From the IMG/VR virus record IMGVR_UViG_3300028832_000131, positions 10,105 to 74,104 of that record: DNA of 64,000 nucleotides; one strand, given 5' to 3'. The notes below the pieces were generated by a model. The model was given only the letters and a program-made list of their open reading frames with translations, was not told where the DNA came from and did not search any database. Source of the stretch: a virus. Its lineage: Duplodnaviria; Caudoviricetes. Made by a program: the position numbers and the translations under genes. Below are positions 17,271 through 25,435 of this stretch, piece after piece (position 1 is the first letter of the stretch; the number at the start of each line of letters is the position of its first letter).

Positions 17271-17432
17271 CTATAAATAACGACCTTTTTCTTCTAATGC
17301 GGATAAAATATTTCTAATGGATAGCCATGTCCCGTTAATATAACAACCGCACTCCATAGACCACTCATCATCCTCATCAATGTCATACTCTCGTCTTAAT
17401 ATTTCCTCAATTTCTTCTATAGTTAATCTCAT
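17271..17432 (-). CDS. 53-aa acidic protein (below track cutoff)
   Basis: MRLTIEEIEEILRREYDIDEDDEWSMECGCYINGTWLSIRNILSALEEKGRYL, AGGAGGT RBS. Confidence 0.65.
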   Translation of the reverse strand: MRLTIEEIEEILRREYDIDEDDEWSMECGCYINGTWLSIRNILSALEEKGRYL

Positions 17433-17441
17433 ATATACCTC

Positions 17442-17696
17442 CTACCATATTTCCTTTATAGATATTTTATTTTTGGTGCAACTTAATTTATAACGAGGGG
17501 GAGTATCATATTGGTCTATCTCGTAGGTATACCATATTTCATTGTCTTTTAATTTAAAATCCCCCATAGAATCCTCGTTGTGTAGGTTTAAATGCTCCGC
17601 CAATTTATCCGCCTGTTTCTTGCTATTACATAGAATAGTAAACTTGTTAGAATATAAATATTCTTGTCCTTTAATCGTTTTACTTATAATAAACAT
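17442..17696 (-). CDS. Hypothetical early protein
   Basis: Start chosen at the ATG after the GGAGGT RBS. Confidence 0.6.
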   Translation of the reverse strand: MFIISKTIKGQEYLYSNKFTILCNSKKQADKLAEHLNLHNEDSMGDFKLKDNEIWYTYEIDQYDTPPRYKLSCTKNKISIKEIW

Positions 17697-17765
17697 ATTT
17701 TTACCTCCATTTTTGTACCCCACCACCCCTTTTTTCATCGGTAGAAAAATAGGGGAGGGGCAATT

Positions 17766-18047
17766 TTATTTTTCCTCTTTCTTTACTATATTTTTATAAT
17801 AATAATCATTTATAAATTGTCTTCTTTCCTCAAATGTTTTATCACTCGTTATAATATCGTTGTTTATAAAATTATAAATATTTATTAAATCGTTTTTATT
17901 AAAAATTGTCTTTAAATCCTCATTATTTTTATCGTCTTTTATAGTTAAAACATAATAGCCGTAAAAATAAGCCTTTACTTGTGTAATATTTATTTCATAA
18001 TTGTTTTTTTTATCGTAAATTGTTATTAAATCTTGATATTTTATCAT
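17766..18047 (-). CDS. Hypothetical early protein
   Basis: Start chosen at the ATG after the CGGAGG RBS. Confidence 0.55.
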   Translation of the reverse strand: MIKYQDLITIYDKKNNYEINITQVKAYFYGYYVLTIKDDKNNEDLKTIFNKNDLINIYNFINNDIITSDKTFEERRQFINDYYYKNIVKKEEK

Positions 18048-18140
18048 ATTTCCTCCGTTTTTCATCATCAGTTTATCATCGTTTTTCCTCAGTAATGCCT
18101 TTTTATGAAAAAACTTTATTTTTTTATCATTTTTTATCAT

Positions 18141-18244
18141 GCACGCACGTACGGAAGAAGATTCTACTCAATTTTACGTTGTTTTTCTTTAGTCGCACGC
18201 ACGCACGTGGAAAAAGTTTTTCCAAAAAGTAGGGGAAGAAGATT
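18141..18244. repeat. CGCACG-rich plus GGAAGAAGATT motif cluster
   Basis: Copies at 18141, 18194 and 18231; conserved at 63821-63940. Confidence 0.7.
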
Positions 18245-18489
18245 AGAGAAGTTTTTTAAAAAAGATTCTTTTCATCCTGTCCGCTCGTTTATGCTCTTTT
18301 ATGCTCTTTTTTTGCTCCTGTTGTGGTCGTGATTCTCTTCTTTAATCTTCTATAAAAAAATTATAAAATAACAATTCAAGTGGCTATAATATCCGCTTGA
18401 CTCGTTAATAATACCATGGTTTTTTGTCAGTAATGCTTTTTTATGTTTTTATTTAAAATAATTATAAATAATTAAATAATAGGATATAA

Positions 18490-18605
18490 AAAAGCCGTTA
18501 TTATATGGATAAAAGCCAATAAATATTATCTAAAAGCCGTTTATAAGCCGTTAATATAAACATATTAAAACAATAAAAGCCCGTTAAATAGCCGTTAAAA
18601 TGCCA
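18490..18605. repeat. Cluster of AAGCCGTT-like direct repeats in AT-rich spacer
   Basis: About 6 copies of (A)AGCC(C)GTT(A) within 115 bp. Confidence 0.6.
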
Positions 18606-18690
18606 TAGAATAGGTAGTTATATTATGTTAAGTTGTTTATATAATAAAAAAATAACATTGTTTTTTGGTCCAATGTTATTTTATAATTTT

Positions 18691-19263
18691 TTATCCCTCG
18701 TTTATCTCGTTTATATAACGCATATATTCACTAGATAAGCCAATTATATATTTATCTTGTAATAACTCTTTTATTCCGTTGTCAATGTCTTTAATTATGT
18801 AATTTTTTAATACTCTATAACTTTTTTGTAAATCCTCGGTCATGTCTTTTATCGTGTAATATTCTTTTATGTATCTTAAATCATGGTTAATTTTATTATA
18901 TTTGTATAGAATCCACGTTTTTTGTAATAATTTAATGTCTTTTTTATTCTTTAAATCATAAATAGCAAGTTGTTTATTTTTTATCCCGTTTTTAATTGCA
19001 TCTTGTTTATTGTTATAATGTCTTGAAATGTCAACATAAATAAGCCCGTTATCTTGCCATAATCCAACATATTGCCCCGCTTTTAGTAGGTGTTTATATG
19101 TTATAATGTCCGCCTTTATCTCGTTAATGTCGGTTGGTTGGTGCGTTTTCTCGAATCCGTAAAGACTACACATAAAGCCATTTTTTAGAGTTGCCTCCTG
19201 TAAATCTCTGGTTAATGTTGCCCCCGTTTTAATCCATTTTTTTAATTGCTCGTCATTTATCAC
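18691..19263 (-). CDS. Hypothetical protein with SAM-lyase-like motif pattern
   Basis: YVGLWQD..IYVDIS...QDAIKNG...QLAIYDL. Confidence 0.4.
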   Translation of the reverse strand: MINDEQLKKWIKTGATLTRDLQEATLKNGFMCSLYGFEKTHQPTDINEIKADIITYKHLLKAGQYVGLWQDNGLIYVDISRHYNNKQDAIKNGIKNKQLAIYDLKNKKDIKLLQKTWILYKYNKINHDLRYIKEYYTIKDMTEDLQKSYRVLKNYIIKDIDNGIKELLQDKYIIGLSSEYMRYINEINEG

Positions 19264-19280
19264 TTTTTAAATCCTCCGTT

Positions 19281-19679
19281 TTAAAATCCTTCGTTTATGT
19301 ATTGTCTTTTTAGCTCGTGTCCGTTGCCGTTTATAATCTTTTTTAATTTTAGTAAACTTTTTATGTCGTCTTTTTTGTTAAATTGCTTTTGTAAATCCTC
19401 TTTTTTTTCTTTTGTTAATCTTGTTATGCCGTTTATGTTTTTATAATCCATTAAGTAAAAATTAAATTGTATGTTGTAATAATCGTTAATTGCTCCACGC
19501 ATGCAAGTCTGATATTGAAAACTTTCCCAAGTCCTGTTGTAATAAGTTATTTTATATTCTGGTACTATTCTATTGTTTACTATAAATTGTACTTTATGCC
19601 CCCAATTATAGTAATTTTCGTATGTTTTACAATTAAATTGATAATTAAACCCGTTAATTTTTTTAGTTAATATTTCCAC
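19281..19679 (-). CDS. Hypothetical early protein
   Basis: 132 aa, GTG start, GGGGTG RBS. Confidence 0.6.
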   Translation of the reverse strand: MEILTKKINGFNYQFNCKTYENYYNWGHKVQFIVNNRIVPEYKITYYNRTWESFQYQTCMRGAINDYYNIQFNFYLMDYKNINGITRLTKEKKEDLQKQFNKKDDIKSLLKLKKIINGNGHELKRQYINEGF

Positions 19680-19694
19680 TTTTTCACCCCCTTA

Positions 19695-20048
19695 TTAAAT
19701 CCAGTATTTCATTTCTTGTAAATCTTCTTTACATGGTGTAAATATTAAGTCGTTAAAATAATCGTTGTATAAATCTTTTATTTCTTGCGGTGTTTTATCT
19801 TTTAAAATCATGCTTTTAATGTTTTTTACTTGCTCAATCATTTTAAAAATTAAATCTCTTCTTTTTATTGTGTCCCCGTTTTTCTCGTTTTCTTTTTGTT
19901 GCTCCTCATAATAATTAATTGCATTATATAAAGCCAATAAATCATCATTTTTATTAATTAGTTGCTTTCTTGTCTCCTTGTCCGTTTTTTTATTGTCTAT
20001 CTTTTTTTGATTCTTTATAAATTGCTTTTCTATTTCTTTTTTAGTCAT
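19695..20048 (-). CDS. Hypothetical Lys-rich early protein
   Basis: 117 aa, AGGAG RBS. Confidence 0.6.
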   Translation of the reverse strand: MTKKEIEKQFIKNQKKIDNKKTDKETRKQLINKNDDLLALYNAINYYEEQQKENEKNGDTIKRRDLIFKMIEQVKNIKSMILKDKTPQEIKDLYNDYFNDLIFTPCKEDLQEMKYWI

Positions 20049-20162
20049 AATATTTTTTTACTCCTTTACATTTTTATTTTATTATGTTATAATGTAAAAA
20101 GTCGGTTGTAATATATCTTATAATCGGCGGTTGTTATGGAAGACCCCGCAAGTCGTCAATTT

Positions 20163-20339
20163 TTAGCGGTCGTCTTCTTTTTTTATGCTCTTTAATAACT
20201 GATATAATATAATGTAATATAGTGTTATATCTAACATGGATATATTATTATAAGTCATGTTATATAATAATAATAGTAATATAATCATGTATAATAATAT
20301 TTTATATGCCGTCTTTAGTTTATATCTTTTTTTAGTCAT
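20163..20339 (-). CDS. 58-aa two-TM membrane peptide, first gene of the leftward operon
   Basis: MTKKRYKLKTAYKILLYMIILLLLLYNMTYNNISMLDITLYYIILYQLLKSIKKEDDR; AAGGAGG upstream (spacing ~15 nt). Confidence 0.5.
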   Translation of the reverse strand: MTKKRYKLKTAYKILLYMIILLLLLYNMTYNNISMLDITLYYIILYQLLKSIKKEDDR

Positions 20340-20427
20340 GATTCTTTTTTTCTACCTCCTTTATTGAATCCCCTGTTATTGAATCCGCTCTAATAAAGAT
20401 ATATCACTTTTAACTTTTTACAATTAT

Positions 20428-20456
20428 ATTGTATCATAATAATATAATATTGTCAA
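20428..20456 (-). promoter_or_regulatory. Near-consensus SigA early promoter driving the leftward island
   Basis: TTGACA-17-TACAAT with TG extended -10. Confidence 0.85.
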
Positions 20457-21131
20457 TAGTTTTTTAATAAAAAAATATTATTTTTTTTCTTTATTTGTCA
20501 ATGTCTTTTTGTATCATATATTATTTTTAAATATAATCTTTTTTTGTATCCGTTTATTAATCCATATATATCGGCTTTTAGAATCTATTTTAATTACTTT
20601 TTTAGAATCCTTATTCTTTAATACCTGTTATTTGTCTTTAGGTTGTATCGGCTTTTAGTTGTCTATAGTTTATCATGTTATTATGTCTTGTTTTCTTGGT
20701 GTTGTGTGTTGTGTTGTGCCTGTGTTTTTGGTGGAAGGTTAAAAAAGTTTTTGCTTGTCTATAAATCAAAAAATATAATGATGCTTTTATAATATATTAT
20801 TTTATTTTTATAAAAAAATTAATCTATAAATTGATAATAAAATATTGTTGTTTTTGTGTTGTCTTTTCTTGTTTTCTTGTATTGTAAACGGTCGTCAGTA
20901 ATACCCCGTCCCCTATATAGAGAGCGACACCCCCCTATATTTTACCCCCTCAAACATACCAAAAATAACAAAAGAGTCGAGTGGCATTATACTCAAACAT
21001 ACAAAAAAATCAAAAGACTTCATTCGCATTTTACTCAACCCACTCAAGGGTATCGCATAATCAAAAGAGCCTGTTTACGGACGGGAAGTACTGGAAACTC
21101 CAATAAAGTTACACTTTTTTTTCGAAATGAG

Positions 21132-21162
21132 AGTGAAATGAGAGTAAATGATATGATATAGT
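21132..21162 (+). promoter_or_regulatory. Putative late promoter, second copy
   Basis: AGTGAAATGAGAGTA, then TG-n-TATAGT; the GAAATGAGAGT core is tandemly duplicated from 21123. Confidence 0.55.
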
Positions 21163-21168
21163 GAAGAC

Positions 21169-21397
21169 GGAATGAATAGAACCTAGAGCAGAAAAGTTCC
21201 ATCACCTCCTCTTAACGTGTGTGGTAATGCTCGACATTCATTCCTCCTTTCTAGTCACAAGTTGACGATTACTAGGGTGCTTAGGCACAAGAGATACCGA
21301 GGGTTTTGTCGTAGTGTCCTGTAGAAGTGCGTTTGAGATTTTTTAACTTTCTACAAATCGGTATCTCCGATACCTAGTAATACTGAAGGAATACTAG
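21169..21397 (+). ncRNA. Candidate structured noncoding RNA
   Basis: Five consecutive stem-loops including GGAATGAAT/ATTCATTCC and GAGATACCGA/TCGGTATCTC, starting just after the promoter. Confidence 0.5.
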
Positions 21398-21552
21398 AAA
21401 TTAGATAGAAGATATATTTTTAATAAAAAGTAGTTAAGAATGTTGATATATATAGATAAAAGTGGGGTAGCGAAATGTATCGAAGTTGATATATAGTTTT
21501 AATGAAAAACCGAGAACGTGCTATCAAGAATGATACTAATTAAGGTGGTTTT

Positions 21553-22065
21553 ATGGATAAATCGGGTTATATTGTCGATAGTGACGGTGTAATAGTTCGT
21601 AATGTAGGCAATATAGATAATTTATTTGAGGTTGAGGCGGGAGATAGAATACTTCGCAAGAAGAACTTAGAAGGAGTAGATAAGTTAGTCGAGATTAAGA
21701 TGCGATTTGCGAAGGTCAATTATGTAGTGTTTGGAGATATAATTGATAAATACCCCGTGTTTGCTAAAATGATTAAATTAATTGGATATTATAGTGGTCG
21801 GTTAATGTATAAAAATGGTGTTAGTGTTAATCGAAGAAACTTATCTAAGGCTTGTGGTGTTTCTAATGCTACTATTAATCGTCAATTAAGAGGTTTAATT
21901 AATGATGACGTTATTAAGGTTGTGAGAGAGGGTCGTGAGGCTGCTTATTTCGTCAATCCTTATGTCGTTCATTTAGGAAAAAAAGTTAATTTATCTTTAT
22001 ATGAGTTGTTTAAAGATACGATTTATCGAGAAAATTACGAGAAGACGTTGAGGAGTGATAAATAA
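21553..22065 (+). CDS. RepL-like winged-helix protein (Firmicutes plasmid replication family)
   Basis: LSKACGVSNATINRQLRGL HTH followed by YFVNPYVVHLG...LYELF. Confidence 0.6.
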   Translation: MDKSGYIVDSDGVIVRNVGNIDNLFEVEAGDRILRKKNLEGVDKLVEIKMRFAKVNYVVFGDIIDKYPVFAKMIKLIGYYSGRLMYKNGVSVNRRNLSKACGVSNATINRQLRGLINDDVIKVVREGREAAYFVNPYVVHLGKKVNLSLYELFKDTIYRENYEKTLRSDK

Positions 22066-22310
22066 TGCCTACTATAAGTGAAATGAGGGCTATAGATTTA
22101 GTTCATCCTAATTACCTATATCGTCTTTATAAAGATTACAAGTATTTATATGATTTTTGGGAGAACAATCGAAACACCCGAAGAGTTTCTGATGAAGATA
22201 TGCGAAATAGAATTAAGTATATTTTAAAGAATAATGTTAAACAGAGGGATGAGATTGCGACTTTATGTTGGATTTTAGGAGAGGAAGATGCGAGAAGGAT
22301 TAACTATTAA
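22065..22310 (+). CDS. Hypothetical protein
   Basis: 81 aa, coupled. Confidence 0.6.
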   Translation: MPTISEMRAIDLVHPNYLYRLYKDYKYLYDFWENNRNTRRVSDEDMRNRIKYILKNNVKQRDEIATLCWILGEEDARRINY

Positions 22311-22509
22311 ACAAAGAATTACTTTAGAGTGCATAGATAATTACATTAACGAACACGGATATAGCCCTACTTATCAGGAATTAGCCGCTGAATTAAGTTG
22401 TGACATTAATACTGCTTATAAGAAGGTTGTTATTTTAACCGATAAAGGCTATGTTACTTCGGTTAATGGGAAATCGAGAACTTTGAAGGTGATTAAGAGA
22501 TATGATTAA
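22288..22509 (+). CDS. LexA N-terminal DNA-binding domain only
   Basis: LTIKQ...I..YI.EHGYSPTYQELA.EL...L.DKGYV...GKSRTL; no peptidase domain. Confidence 0.82.
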   Translation: MREGLTIKQRITLECIDNYINEHGYSPTYQELAAELSCDINTAYKKVVILTDKGYVTSVNGKSRTLKVIKRYD

Positions 22510-22798
22510 TGTTTCTGATTATATTAAGTTAATTTTAGAGAAGAAAGGCTGGACGAGAGTGAGACTTTGTGAGGAAATTAATAAGATTGAGGCGAAGTTG
22601 GGTGAATCTCGTACTACGAAAAATGTTTTAAGTTATTATTTAAACGGTGACTTTGCTTTTAGACCTAAGATACTTGCGAAGTGGGAGAAGGCTTTAGGTT
22701 TAAAGGAGGGAACTTTAGTTAATATGGTTTTACCTCCGATAACTAAGGAGGGAAAAGACGAGTTAAGAGAGACGATTGAGAGACTTAGAAAAGTATGA
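22502..22798 (+). CDS. XRE-family HTH protein
   Basis: ILEKKGWTRVRLCEE...LSYYLNG..WEKAL. Confidence 0.7.
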   Translation: MINVSDYIKLILEKKGWTRVRLCEEINKIEAKLGESRTTKNVLSYYLNGDFAFRPKILAKWEKALGLKEGTLVNMVLPPITKEGKDELRETIERLRKV

Positions 22799-23244
22799 TG
22801 GGAGGAAATATGGGAAAGATATTATTAGTAAGTCAAAGTGAGAACGATACTTGGTTCGTAAATGGTATTTCTATTGGTGTTAGACAACCTAGAAACATTT
22901 GGGGAGATAAGATTAAGGAAGTATTAAAGGAGAAACACATAGACGAAGATACTTTTATTAGCACTATGGGAACAAGTTATAGAGAGAACATTGAGAGAGT
23001 TTTAAAAAACGAGGAAATACCTAAAAAACAATTATTAGATAAAATACTTAAATATTTAGAGAAGGAAATTGATTACTTCCAAGATAAACAATTAAAGAAC
23101 GTAATTGTTAATGACTCTCGAATGGTGGTAGGGGAGTATGAAACTGATGCTCGTGCTATGGACGTAAAAAAAGAACTTGACGAGATAATTTTAAGTAGTT
23201 TTCAAAACGGTAAACCTATAATTATAAAATTACCTAAGGAGTAG
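22795..23244 (+). CDS. Protein with XRE-like HTH
   Basis: GDKIKEVLKEK...IERVLKNEEIP...ILKYL. Confidence 0.5.
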   Translation: MMGGNMGKILLVSQSENDTWFVNGISIGVRQPRNIWGDKIKEVLKEKHIDEDTFISTMGTSYRENIERVLKNEEIPKKQLLDKILKYLEKEIDYFQDKQLKNVIVNDSRMVVGEYETDARAMDVKKELDEIILSSFQNGKPIIIKLPKE

Positions 23245-23246
23245 TT

Positions 23247-23510
23247 ATGCTAAAAGTAATTGATAATTATGACTTAAAATATTTATCGAGATATGGTTTT
23301 AAAAGATATAATTATTTACCGTTATATGTAAAAACAATTTATTATGATAAAAATAAACTTTATGTATGGGTTGAATATGAAATAGACACTAAAACACGAA
23401 AAATAGAGTTTAAAACTGTAAACATTGGGGAACAACCTCAAAAGTTTCCTGTAGATAATACGTTGTTTGATATGATGCAAGATAAAATATTAGAAAAAGT
23501 AGAGGAGTAG
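23247..23510 (+). CDS. Hypothetical protein
   Basis: 87-aa ORF. Confidence 0.6.
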   Translation: MLKVIDNYDLKYLSRYGFKRYNYLPLYVKTIYYDKNKLYVWVEYEIDTKTRKIEFKTVNIGEQPQKFPVDNTLFDMMQDKILEKVEE

Positions 23511-23513
23511 TGT

Positions 23514-25253
23514 ATGTTAAAGGTAGGGGACAAGATAGAATTAAAACCTAAACAAAATACTCTAAAAGATACGTTTTTAGGCGTTTGTGAGGCTCTTCGA
23601 AGTGATAGATTGTCCGAGGAAGAGAAACTCGAATGGTCTGAGACCGCCTTAAATGTGCTAGAAATGTGGTATAATCAGGAAGATATGGAGTCAATAGGGG
23701 TAGCAAAGAAAAAATTGATTCCTGCCTTATATAATTTAATTAATAAAGGGAGCATAAATAATATGGCTCTCTTTTTTGATTATTATAGACGAGTATACAG
23801 CATTTGTGCGAGACGAGATTTTGAGTGTTTTGTAGATTACATAGAATGGGAGCAGCCTAGGAAGGTTTTGGCTAATAGACGAGAGGTATTAAAACCTTAT
23901 ATTGATGCTTTACAAGAATTAGCCTTTAATCCAAGACTTCATTATGTAATTGTATGCTACCCACCAAGTTTAGGAAAGAGTTATATTGCGACTTTATGGG
24001 AGGCTTGGGCTTTCGGTATGAGTATAGATAACTCGATTATTCGTATGAGTTATTCTGATGAGTTAGTATTAGGTTTCTCGAGAACGGTTAAAGGAATCTT
24101 ATGTAGTCCTGCTTTTTGTGAGATATTTACTAATTATCAAAGATATGGTGGCAAACCATTTGAAGTTGAAAGAGAGTCGGATTGGAAGATTAAAAATGCT
24201 AATGTTCCTAAATCTAACTTAATTTCGAGAACGAGAAGTGGTGCTACTACTGGTGAACGTGCGAACTTTGCTATTATCTTTGATGATATGACTAAAGGAG
24301 CAGAAGAGGCTAATAGTGATAGTGTTCACCGTGGTGTTTATGATAAATGGAACACCGAATGGTGGAATAGACGTGACGGAGAACGATGCAAGTTCTTATT
24401 TGTAGGAACACAATGGACTCCTGAAGATATACTTAACCGAATAATTGAAGATAGAAACAAGATAAGTCCTCTTAGAGAGACGGATAATCCTTATGTGATG
24501 AGAAACGAGGACACTATTGTTATAAGAGTACCTTTGTTTGATGCAGAAGGAAAAACTACGTGTTCTGAGGTTTATCCTCAGGAAATAGCCGAGCAAATAA
24601 GAGATACTACTGACCCGTTCTTGTTTAGTTGTGTTTACCAACAAGACCCTATCGCTCCTACTGGACGAGAGTTGGCTTGGGAGAACTTATCTACTTATAT
24701 TGAGCCTCCTGAGAACTTAGAACCTTACTGTATGGCGGTAATGGATACTAAAAGAAGGGGAAAAGACAACTTAAACATGTTTATTTGCAAACCTGATGGC
24801 TGTGGTAAGCATTTTTTGTGGGATTGTATATTTAGTAAGAAACCCATGGAAGAGTTATATAACGACATAATAAATAAAGTAATTGACAATAATATTACGA
24901 CTTTAGTAATAGAAAATAATATAGACGTTTCATTAAAACCTTTATTAGAAGGAAAACTTAGTGAACGTGGTTGGTATACTTGCAAAATTGTTGAATTATA
25001 CAACACCAAAAAGAAGGAAGAACGTATAAAAAACAATTTAGGTGGAATCCAAAAAAATATTATCTTTAAAGACAAGTCTATTGTTAAAGCAAATACTGAT
25101 ATTGGTAGATTAATGGATAATATAACGAAGTATTCTTTTGATTATCCTAACAAGTTTGATGACGGGCCAGATGGTGCTGCTATGTATAACTCCGAAATCG
25201 TTGTTGGGCGAAGTATTTTACAAAAACCGAAGGCTGTGCAAAGAATATTTTAA
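23514..25253 (+). CDS. terL: Terminase large subunit
   Basis: Walker A PPSLGKS, Walker B IIFDD, VGTQW, VYQQDP, nuclease MDT...KFDDGPD. Confidence 0.95.
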   Translation: MLKVGDKIELKPKQNTLKDTFLGVCEALRSDRLSEEEKLEWSETALNVLEMWYNQEDMESIGVAKKKLIPALYNLINKGSINNMALFFDYYRRVYSICARRDFECFVDYIEWEQPRKVLANRREVLKPYIDALQELAFNPRLHYVIVCYPPSLGKSYIATLWEAWAFGMSIDNSIIRMSYSDELVLGFSRTVKGILCSPAFCEIFTNYQRYGGKPFEVERESDWKIKNANVPKSNLISRTRSGATTGERANFAIIFDDMTKGAEEANSDSVHRGVYDKWNTEWWNRRDGERCKFLFVGTQWTPEDILNRIIEDRNKISPLRETDNPYVMRNEDTIVIRVPLFDAEGKTTCSEVYPQEIAEQIRDTTDPFLFSCVYQQDPIAPTGRELAWENLSTYIEPPENLEPYCMAVMDTKRRGKDNLNMFICKPDGCGKHFLWDCIFSKKPMEELYNDIINKVIDNNITTLVIENNIDVSLKPLLEGKLSERGWYTCKIVELYNTKKKEERIKNNLGGIQKNIIFKDKSIVKANTDIGRLMDNITKYSFDYPNKFDDGPDGAAMYNSEIVVGRSILQKPKAVQRIF

Positions 25254-25435
25254 TAAAAAGGTAAAAAGTCATTGGATTTTTAGACCTAAAAAATAGAATA
25301 TTTTTTAAATCCGTGGTAGATAAGAAGTGAGCAAACGTGATTTCCCTTTGCAGTTTGCTTAGTGCTACACGGGAGCATAACCGTATTTATATAGTTATGT
25401 TCCCAATTCTATTAGGGGACGGAATGGGTGATAGT

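Noticed and set aside
11355-21130. Invertible segment flipped by the serine recombinase
   Set aside because: I found no inverted repeat pair at the island ends, and orientation is the same in both phages. Not excluded without a computed search.
20856-21161. 101-aa plus-strand ORF
   Set aside because: No RBS, low-complexity composition, and it overlaps the skew switch and promoter; probably noncoding.
18100-21550. CRISPR mini-array in the noncoding regions
   Set aside because: Repeats are short (8-23 nt), degenerate and irregularly spaced. There are no constant-length unique spacers and no cas genes.
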